From Podarcis melisellensis (lineage: Eukaryota): a DNA stretch of 64,000 nt. The stretch lies in the NCBI GenBank assembly GCA_964234715.1, contig OZ174280.1; one strand, 5' to 3'. The position numbers and the translations under genes are program-made. The notes under the pieces were generated by a model, which was not told the origin of the DNA, made no database searches, and was given only the letters and a program-made list of their open reading frames with translations. Positions 53,401 to 64,000 of this stretch are shown piece after piece (the first letter of the stretch is position 1; each line of letters begins with the position of its first letter).

Positions 53401-56400
53401 CCAAGCCAAGGGCGCTTCCAGACGGATGTTTATTGTGGAATCGCTGCTGTCCCAGTATGATTCCCCCCGCCCCACAGTCTCCAAAACTGCCATCGAGATG
53501 ACAGCCCGCACTTTAACCACATTTAATGTGGCTTTTGTCATGCAGCTTAAAATCTGTTAAGGAAAAAAAAATGTAACTATTAAAGTTTTGGTACAGTGAA
53601 ATACTGGTGTTGTGCAAAAACTTGGTATTAAGTAACAAACAAACAAAACACCAAAGAGAAATAGATGCTGTCCAGCCTCCCCACTCAAAAGCAGCACCCT
53701 CCATATTGCCAGTTTTGAAGCATGATAGCCAAGGGCTGGTAACATTTGCTCTTTCACTTTTTAAAATTTCCAGTGATTCCTTTTGGAAAAGGTGCATGCA
53801 CCTAGGTACAGAAATACTTGTATGTGAACCCAAAATGGAGAATAGTAGTGGAGGGTGACTGCAGTAACTGAGGAGAGGACCCAGAAACTCAGCATGGAAG
53901 CTTTCCATCAATGACCACCGCCTGCTGGTGTGATATGAAAAACGTAAGACTGAAAAAACTGAGTGCCAATTGCACATTCAGAAAAAATAGATCTGAACAG
54001 CCTGATAGTGACATAAATTTCTTGTACTGAAGCACCACAAGACTTGGCCTGTGAGGCAGTTGAAAGACGTTTCTTTCTTTTGCCCCACAAGTCCTGTGTG
54101 CTTTCATTCTGTGTAGATTCAGCTTTCTTCAGGGCTTTAGAAGACTATTTTTGCTTTGCAGCCTAAGAGTGCTGTGTAAGGGTTTTTCTTCTCATATGAA
54201 CTGACCCAGACCCTGCAGTCATCATCTGAGACCCTTCTTCATGTGCTTCCTGCATAAGAGATCTGGAGGGTGGCAACATGCAAATGGGTGTTTTCTCTGG
54301 TGGCTCCCTGCTTGTGGAATGCTCTTCCCAGGGAGGCTCACCTGGCGCCTTTGTTACATATCTTTAGGTGCTAGGTTAAAACATTCCTCTTCTCACGGGC
54401 TAATTAAACAATCTATGGTTTTTTAAATTGGGGGGGGGGCTATTGTTTATGTTTGTCACTGTTGTGCGTTTTTGTGCTTTTATATTATAAGCCACCTGTG
54501 CTTGTCAAATGAAGGGCAGTATGGAAATTTAATAAATAAGCACATTAATTACCATCTCTAACCACTGGCACTGATTTAGTAGGGCAGCTATGCAGGAATG
54601 AGCCAGCGGCTTTAAACTCAGGCCTAGACAAACTGGAAGTAGACCATCACTAATAGCTATTGTCTTTTGACTAGTGTAGCTTGCTCCTTCAAGGCCTTCT
54701 CTGTTGGTCTTTGGGTTAAATGTGCTTGCAAGAGGGCCAAGTGCCCACACACTAGAGTCTGTTCTCTAAACTTTTAACAGCACAACTAACCTGTTCAGGG
54801 CCAACATGATATCTCAACTAATCAGCTTTAAGGGCATGGATCGGACCTCTGATATGTACTATCAAGTGCACTATTCTGGCTTCTTGCAGAAAGGAAAAGA
54901 AAAGAAGCAGAGATGGAACTCCTGAAGTCTGTCTATCTAAGAGTAACAGAAGCCCAATTCACATTTTAGCCACTGAACATGGAGTACAAAATACATAGTG
55001 CAGCATTGGTCAGTGATGCACCTGTATATAAGGGGCAAGTGGCAAAAATATGTAGCATTGCCTCAGTATATATTTTTATTAAGAAAAGCAACTTTGAGAG
55101 GTTGCTGTTTCGCATGAGGGAGCTGGAGGCAAAGGATGCTTCAGACATTTCTTGCTTACTGTCCTATTCTAAATTTACCCCGAGCGTTATAAACATACCC
55201 TTGTAATAAAAATGAGAAAAGGCAGTGGAGTGATTTTATCATGAGAAAACAGCAGGTGAGAAAAGGGTAAAGCACTCATTCCTTTCCCCACTATTTTTCC
55301 ACTGAAAATTGAGCTTTCTAAAGCCATCTTTGTTAACAGAAAAGGGTCTAATGTGTTGCTGTAGAGTTCATCAACATGCTGCATGCCACAGGAACACATG
55401 CACCACCCACAAAGCCCTTCCCTGGCACCCTTCCTTTGTTTCCTCCTCCCACTGTGATGCTTGAAGAATTGTAGCCAATAGAAGTGTGTGGGCTTGGTTG
55501 TTGCATGTGCATGCTGCCCATAAGAGGTTGTCCTGTTTGTAAATGTGCCAATGGGCCACATTTTATTTGTCCCTATTTGTGCCTTTTTCCTGCCCCCCCT
55601 GAAATATACACAGAAGTGTCTGTCAGGAAAGGAGTAGGCTGTACACTGTTCATAATTAATGCGCTGCCTGGGTATTTGTACTCAGGAATGTATAGCCAAA
55701 AATGAGAAGTTAAAGAGAAAATTAACTTACATAGAGATGGTGCCAAAGAAGAGATAAGATAAACTCGGAAAGATATGAGGGAAGAAGTTCAAGAAGACTG
55801 CAGATGGTGGTAATTATGAGTCACTTAATGAGGAGCTCAAGACTAAGCCATAGGCTGCTACTTGTAAATTCTATCAGGTTCTTGCAACATGCAGAATTAA
55901 TGGCTATAACATAGGGGGAGAACATGACAAGGAGCAGCTGCTATGTCAAGAAGTGTTTGAACAAGAAGAAAAAGAAAAATCTTGTGGCAGTATCTCATAG
56001 AAAAGTTCCAAAAGCAAAAGTAGAAGTGCAATAGGCTTGAACAGGAAGCTTCTCCTCCCTGGGAAACGTGGCGACATCATGCTGAGAAGCATCTTGCAGG
56101 GGGAAAGAAGAGGCAGGTAGTGGGAGCAGGGTGTTTAACGCTCAGACACAAAGTCTGACCTCTCAATTATTCTAGTTCATCATTCTTTTCCCTGGGAGTA
56201 ACCACTGAATTTTGAACATTGGTACAAGCATCTGCCTGCCCCCCAGTGCTTTGGTTGCTCCCATAGACAGTTTTTCTCTGCAAAGAAATGGCAAGATACA
56301 AAGCAATTGTGGGGACACCTAATAGGGCCATCAAGTCTGATGGACTTTTGTGAAGAGGGTGCCCCTCACTGAGTCTACAATGCTGCCTGTGTGTGTGCAA

Positions 56401-59400
56401 GCTCTGGTCTCGGTTTGTTTTTCTTTATTCTGCTTGTTTCTCTGCTTGCGGAATCTGCTCAGCTGTGGTCCCTGTGGCTGCTGACAAGACAACCTCCGAG
56501 CCTGCCCGCCCGCCCCCCTTTGGCTGGGCTGCACCATGCCGGCTTCCTGAACACACTGGAAAAATAAACACTGCCAGGCAGCTGCAGTATAGCCATTGCT
56601 GAGATGGGGTTGGAGGCTCAAGAAATTGATCGTGCCAGGAAGGGCAATACGGGGCTGGGGGGTGTTGTTCCTGGGCCAGAATCCTTTCCATACTTCTGAA
56701 CTTGCAGTGTCTTACTTCCAGCATAATAAGAGTTGAAAGCAGACACAGGGCCTCTTTCACAAGTTGATCTAATTGCATAGTCCCTCTCTGCACTTTCCAG
56801 AGAAGCAAAGATAATTTTTATCCCACTGGACAACTGCTTCCCACTTCATACACCTGTTTTGTGCTGCTTTGTGGAAACCTGTGCATATTTATAACATTAA
56901 TTGAAGTTTATAAAGAATTGAAACTAAGTTGTCACCCCCAACAAAGTTCAAAAATCCAGCTCTTACATCAGAATCGTCTCCCTCTTCTGCAGAGATTTCA
57001 CACTATTACAGGTTGTTACTGACAACCTAGCATAACAATCCTTTATATTACACGCTATCTTTGGCCACGTCAACTTCATCTGTTGGGGTCTCCTGCTGCC
57101 TTTGGCAGGCTGGTTGCAGAAGCTGATTTTCACAAATTGTACTTGACTACATTTTCTGCATCTGTAAATTGCACGAAAAATTACACTAAGTAGAAATGTA
57201 CATTTGCTTTTAAGTGATCTCTCTTTAGCTTTATTCTGTCTCCTCAGTAATATTCCCGCATCATAAATTCAGATCGAAAGTAATTTAGTACCACCTGTGA
57301 AAATGTCCAGAGACAACACTCAAGTCAAGGCACACATATCTTTTCTTCCTTTTTAAAAAATGAAGCACAGTATTTGCTGAAAACTGAAAAAGTAAACTTT
57401 GGATGGTTCTCTCTAGCTCCTGCACCAGCACTTTCCGTGCTCTATCAGGCCTTGAAAATACATTTTAAATTGTGTGAACAGGTTAATCAGAATAAAATAT
57501 GCAAATTATATTAAAATGTTTCCTTCAACTAATTAATCCAAAGCTTGCACTTTCTTGGGGCAGGATTTGATCTTCCTGGGAGCAGAAGAACATCCAGCTA
57601 TGCATGCATCATCATATATATTAATTATATATAATGTGCATCCTTACTCATGCATACACAAACTCCTGTTGTTCATCAACACACACTTCTCTAAGATGGA
57701 AGTCTAGAGCAAAACAAGACACAATGTCAGAAATCTGTGATGGGATTGCATCCGCATTAAGTTTTACCAAATAATAGCCAAAAGGGAGATTCAGACCAGG
57801 ACAGTGGTGCTGAGGAGAAAGGCGTTTAACCCTTTCTCCCAGCACCATTTCCCAGCTTAAAGCTTCCTCCCCCAGCTGTTATTTGTCCTGTTAGGAGAAA
57901 CCTATGCGTACAGCCTGCATCAATCTAGTAGGTACACTCTTGACTACAAACACAGAGACTCCAAAGCGGGGACCAAAGAACTGCACACAGGCACCATCAG
58001 AAGATAGGTTTATATATAATATATATTTACTTTTAAAAATAAAAACTTCCATTGCAAGGCTAGAGGTCTGTACAAACTACAAAAATAAATCTTTTTTCTT
58101 TTCATATAAATAATTTATATGGCATGACAACATTTCAGGTTAAAAGGTCTCCAGCACACCTGCTACATACTCACATGCACACGCGCACACAGATACACAC
58201 ATGCACACACAATGTGTCCCCCTTTCCACCGTTTCCTGTGCTTTGCTGGTCACAGACTTGTTGGGGGTGCGGGGGGGGGAGGAGGAGAAACACAATTTCT
58301 ATTGTGAGTTAGCTAGAAGCACTTAGCAGTTTTTTAAGCAGTGGGTGGGTGGAAAGGAGAGCGAGAGAAGTGGGGCATACATGTCAAATGTTGCTAGGTT
58401 CTACCTTTGACAGTGGTTTCTGGTCTAAATAGTTTCGTGGTGAGAAAACAGGACAAATCTAAATGGTCAGAGGTATCTCTGCCACATGGCAAGTTTCTGT
58501 GTGCAGGGAATTCTCTCCAGATCCTAGAAGCAGTTTTTAATTTTTAAATCAACTGAATCAATCCATTTCAATCCTATTGAAGCTGCTAAGGGGGTTCACA
58601 CAACCAAAATGTGAAAATCTCAGCAGAAACTCCCTTGGCAGCAAGAAGTGAATAGGCAATCCGGCATACTTTGGGGAATATAATTACAGCAGTTATTGGG
58701 CGAAAGGGAGGGGGAATATAAAGTGCCTGCGGTCAAGAAGGAAGAATGTCACTGAGGAAGTGGATTCAAAGGTGAATCAGCCCTGCTATCTCACACAAGT
58801 AAGCTGTGGTGTGTCAGTCTCTGTGCCCAAAAACTACACACAATTTTATGCCCAAGTGGGTCAGAATTTCACACAGCCCCCAAGGGACAACTCCATGTTG
58901 GCAAAGAACAGCTAGAAGACATCTGCACTTCTTAATTTATCTCATTCTAAAGACAAAATTGTAAAGTGTTATTCCACTACAAATGTCAGTGCCACTGAGA
59001 AACTGGCAAACTACTTGTGTATATAATTGCAGTGTAGAAAGATGTTGAGCAACTTCTGCAGTTGGAGGGGTCTCTTCCTGAAGCCCAAAATCTCCAAACC
59101 TGCAATCGGGAGTACCTAAAGTTATTTCACTGTCTTAGGTGAAAAATACATTTGGTCCAAAACCTTGCATCTTGTTGAAAGAAATGTGTGCTGAAAACTG
59201 TGGCACATCCATCAGGTTCCAAAATCACTCAAGAATCCTAACAAACAGAATATTTTTTCCCAGCTGCCATCTTTTTCCTTTAGAGTAGGTCAGTGAGAAA
59301 GAAAGAAAATAACTTCTTTTTTTTTAAAAAAAGTATTGTGTTTCAGGATTTCGGTTTGAGCTGTTGTTTTGTGATTGATGCACAGGGCAGAGCTGGCCAG

Positions 59401-61361
59401 AAAACTGCACTTTGAATTTTGTGCAAAATTCTGATTTGTGTCCTGAACCAGAATGGAAAAACTGAAACACTTCATAAAGCAATTTTGACTTAGCTATGTG
59501 GAAACCAAGCATGTCAGATGGAAATGGAACTGGTCCTTGAGAACCAATCCTACTGCCAAGCGACAGTTCATTTCTTGTTTTTCAGCCAAAGAAGCTGAAC
59601 CGGAAAGAGATCATTCAGAAACAGAAAAACCAACCACAGCACTCATACTTTTGGGCAGGAAATGGAATGTTTTGCCCAACTCTTTTCTCCCGTTGAACAT
59701 TTTCTGCTCTGATTACTACATAGGGATGTTTTTAGGTGGGAGAGAATCAAAGGATAATTTTACACATGATTTTTTTCCTACACAGAAATATTTGTGAAGA
59801 GATGGGGGGAAAGTTCTGTACACCATCAGTTGTGAAGGTGCAGCACGAATGTTTGTGTTGAAAGTATGCAGGTCAGGAAGCTAATAATCTCAGTATAGGA
59901 AAAACATGTGTTGAAAAACTCAAAACAGTACATTGTCCTTAACAAGGGCAATGAATGGCTGAATTTACCACAAGGTCGCCCAGCTTTCTTATTAAAGTAA
60001 GCTTAAATTTCCATTTGAAACACTTCCTTCGTAAACCAACACAGTACACATACATTTTTGTACTCAGGCAGCAGTCTCAGACTACAAACTCACTTGTGAG
60101 AAGTACCTCTTAAAACATGGAAGCAGAAAAAACATAAACCCATATAAACTGCTCTTCCAGAAAGCCCTGGTCTGATCTCCATCTGTGTGGGGTAAATGTC
60201 CTGCAGGGCCCAAAACCCTGCCCTGTATGATTCTCATCTTCTGTTAGTCACAAATTATTCCTCACTGATATTCTTGGGAAATGATGAAGCTTAAAATGTA
60301 ATTTTTAAAAGGAAGTACTTATGGGACACTTGTGTGATGGGCTACCTTGGACTGAGGCATGCAAGCAAAAAGAATAGGGCAGAAAGGTTTTTGTAGTGTG
60401 GGATAGGACAGGGAGGAATTTAACAGGATTTGGAACAGCCAGATGGCGAATGCTGGCATAGGCAGACATGCCGGTGGAAGCAGGAGCAGAGTGCAGCCCA
60501 TCCCACACAGCTTGCATAGAAGGCGCTAAGACACATTGTGCCCCTCCATTGCATGCTCCCTCCACTCCACACGCCCAGGGGGTCCTCTCTCCATTACCAC
60601 CCCACCCTGGTGTTTCCCCTTAAAGGGATACGCCACTTTTTTTTTTTTAATGAGGGAGCTGTAAAAATAATAAAAAATAATTATTATAATTATAAGGGGG
60701 AGGGTTCGTGACTCTTTTTTATACAGCTTAAAATAATAATAATATTAATATTAATAAAAATAAAAGAATAGCAGCACAATGCGGGAGGAGTTTCCCCACG
60801 CACAAGTTGAGTCCTGTTCTCTCCATGGGAGGGTCAGTGTTTGGGCAATTCTCTCGCCCTGCCCCGATGACAGCCATGAGATGGTTCACACAGCATATGG
60901 GGAATTGTCACTTTCATTTTCCAGGTTCGATGGGATGGGAACTTTCCCTGTCTGCAGGTGAGTGGGCACAACGTTATCTGGGCTATCACAGTCCAATGTA
61001 AGGATGCAAACTAGGGATGTTTTGAAGCCAGAAGTCCTGGTAACCAAGAAACCCAGCATGTTTTTGGCGGCAGATAACACCTAGAGAAACAAGGCATGGG
61101 AAAGTGGAGTACCAGGTGCTGAGAGATTCTCCCATCAACCTTTTCACGGCAGTAGCTCATCTGGCCTTCTTGCTCCAGTTCCCAAAGGCACTGTCTATGT
61201 CTACAGTTGTTTAAACACAGGTATCCATCCTGCTTCACAGTCTGCGGTGTGTGTATGTGTGAACAATCTGGACCCCTGACCCCACCAGGGATACTGTGCA
61301 CATCCCATCCCTGAGGCAGGAGTTCTAGACCCAAGGTCTTGGGCCTGGCAAAAGTGAAATG

Positions 61362-63930
61362 CTAGTGCCTCTGGTCTAGGCTCTGCAATTCCAAGCTGTT
61401 GGATGCGTCTTTACGAGGCTCCTCAGGTCCATCAGATTCAAAGCCCTCGTGTGTGTAGCCCCGGCATGAGCCAGGCAGGGGTGGGTGCAAGGCCAGCATC
61501 ACTGAGGCAGTGGCTGTAACTGTGGTGAAGGTGCCACCAGATGCAGGAGGCGGCACTTTGGTGCTGTGGGCAGTAGGGTCGGTCCGAGGGGGATTGGGGG
61601 CAGTCTGAGCCAGCCGAGGCCTTTGTTTGTGGTTTGGCTGCTCTTGCTGCTGTGAAGCGTCTTTGACTTCTGTGACAGTGGTTGGCAAATGTCCTCCAGG
61701 GGTCACAGTTTGGGTCCAGTCTGGGCTGCACAACGACAGAGGCGATTCTAGGCTGGTCTTGTAGCTTTTCACCACCTGCCCAGGAAAGGAAAGGCTGATG
61801 TTAGTGTATTGGATATGGAAGGGAAGAAGGCAACAACACAAGTGCAGTTGGCATGGAGTCCTTGTGACAGCAACTTTCAAACCATAAAGCAGCAAATTCA
61901 GTAAGAAGAATCCGAAGCACAAAGAGAGTGAATTATGTTGCCCTAAGGTACTAAAGAGGAGACTTCAACCACTGTACATGTGTCACGGATGCTTTAGCTG
62001 AGATTCCTGCATTACAGGGGGTTGCACTATCTGTTTTAACTCCTGGGACCTGGGAATAGAAGCTAGACTCCTATTACCCCATTATACATTACTACAGCCA
62101 CATTGCACCCCAAATATATGCTCCAATGTGCTATGGTCTGTCTTTCCCAGAGATCCTAGGAATTTTGTCTCACAGAGACATGCCCACCCCAGTTCAGTGC
62201 CTACTGACATACTAGCATAACAACAGAAACAAACATTCCTGGTTCTCTTCTTGCCTTGCCTCCCAACTCATTTGGGGACACTATCTTTAACTAGAATCCA
62301 GCTGCCTTTGAACGCTGAGACCACTCTCTCCATCCAGAGAAACCAGAATTCTGGCTTCCCCAGCTCTTGATTGGCACTTACGGTGATTTTGGGGAAGCTG
62401 GGGCTTTTGCTGGCCTTGACCAAGATATGTGATTGCGCTGGGGGGATGATGTAGGTGCTGCGGTCATCTTCACCCGTGTCTGATGCTCCTGTGCTCTCTG
62501 AATAGTACTCAGAGTCTGAGGAGTCACCAAAGGCTCCACCATGCCGCTGTACGTAGAAGCTGTGGTGGCTGATGGGTGGGGGGACGGGGGACGGTGTCGG
62601 CAGGCGGCTACCGTTATCTGCTGGTGTGACCTATATGACAAAAAGCAGAATACACACTGAGAAAACAGGGTGTCAAATAAAGGGTCTTTGTGCATGATCC
62701 CTGAGAGGCACAGGCTTTCCATTCATTGTAGTGAATCCTGAAATCTATTGATAGCAGGTGAAAGCCAAGACCTACGTTCTATTACGACTTGTGTGACTGT
62801 TCAAGCACTTCACCTCAATCTGGCAGTGGGTTTTGACAGTGAGATATAGGACCCCTTCCGCTTTTCTCTATGGTTCTTCACTAGAGCAACCTGATAAGAA
62901 ACAGAACATTTTCTTACCTCTGCAGGTGGTCCAATGATAGACAGCAGGACAGGCAGCAGCACCAAGCCATTGAGCAGCCCCAGAATGGTCAGGATGGTGA
63001 GCACAGCAAAGAAATACCTTTGGGGGGGGGAGGTCAAGGTGGTCAGTAATGGTCAGATTTGTCATTGTGTACAATAGAACTTTAGGATGAAAATCAGTTA
63101 CTGCTCTGTATATTTTTGTCCTAATTCCAGGAAGCTGAGATGCACCACAGTTCTGTGGCCTTTGTGAAGAGGGAGGATTATTTACCCAGGTGGCAGCAGG
63201 TGGCAGTAAAGCATCTCAGCCTCTTATCAGGGCAGCCAAGTATAGAGTTAGTTCACCAGCACACATTCATTTACATTCTCTTGCACACTCATTACTGTTA
63301 CACCCATGCACTGACAAGTGCTATCCTTCAGTCTCAGCTCAAGGTTGCTCCCTATAGAAGATTAGAGCGTCCCTTTCTCTGAGCCAGCAGACTTGTAGAG
63401 CTCACAAGCCTTAGCTGCCGTAAGGGAAAGTGTCAGAGAAGGAATACAGTAAATTTCTTGTAGAATGTCTTCCCCTCAACCCGTTGTAAGTAGTGGTCTT
63501 GAACAGGGAGATTTCTCCAAATTTGGCAGAATGTATCACTGCCCCTCCAGGGCTGCATTGAACCCTATTAGATTCTGCCTTTATATCCATTCTTGATCAA
63601 TGAGACCTTCAGACCTATTGCCCCATGTGGTGTGTCACCCAAATTCCCAACAGATGTCAAGAAAGACAATTTCCCATTCTCTAGCCACTCCTTTTACTGA
63701 TACCTCTGGAAATGGCCCCCAGCACATTGGTCCAGAGCAGCACCAGAACAGGTATACCAGGGGAGAAGAGAGACACATGACAATCACCTCAGAATGAAAT
63801 CGAACTCTGAACCAGCTAGCATAAGGACGCCAAGCAACGTGGAGACAGCACCATCCATCACAGGGGCAAACATGTGCTCTAGGGCCACAGTAGTGCGCAG
63901 GTTCCGGTTGCCAATGGCCGTGAGAAAGCC
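61362..63930 (-). CDS. PTCH2: Patched family Hedgehog receptor, most likely patched 2; last four coding exons (gene continues beyond window end)
   Basis: Exons 63930-63788 ([48 protein letters not shown]), 63017-62918 ([33 protein letters not shown]), 62630-62382 ([26 protein letters not shown]..), 61775-61362 (..[27 protein letters not shown]). 906 nt in frame. The Patched TM11-12 segment is unambiguous; PTCH2 rather than PTCH1 is inferred from linkage to HECTD3/UROD/ZSWIM5. Confidence 0.88.
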
Positions 63931-64000
63931 CTGAGAAAAGACGAACAGTCAGAATGCGACTAAAGAGAGTGACTTGTCCAAGCAGACTGGGAGAAAGAAC

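Overview
Vertebrate nuclear DNA, almost certainly from a squamate and probably a lacertid lizard (Sauria SINE, BovB, L2/CR1 relics, hAT MITEs). It holds four spliced genes, rebuilt by hand from GT-AG exons that stay in frame: the 3' ten exons of ZSWIM5 (+, 4131-17140), complete UROD (-, 10 exons, 369 aa), complete HECTD3 (+, 21 exons, 857 aa, head-to-head with UROD) and the last four exons of a Patched gene, most likely PTCH2 (-). Most ORFs in the supplied track are intronic or antisense noise, and there is a 141-N gap. I found no evidence of a new multi-gene system. The most unusual signals are: (1) a perfect 'permuted' inverted duplication (A-B-spacer-A'-B') in UROD intron 1, the footprint expected of a staggered-break or template-switch micro-inversion; (2) an orphan CpG-island promoter bracketed by two CTCF-like sites between HECTD3 and PTCH2, where human has EIF2B3 and PTCH2 in the opposite orientation; (3) a 24-nt in-frame duplicate of the UROD exon 3 end at its donor; (4) a GATA cluster upstream of UROD; (5) a long PTCH1-like C-tail on PTCH2. 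Family names and human comparisons come from recall, not from database searches.
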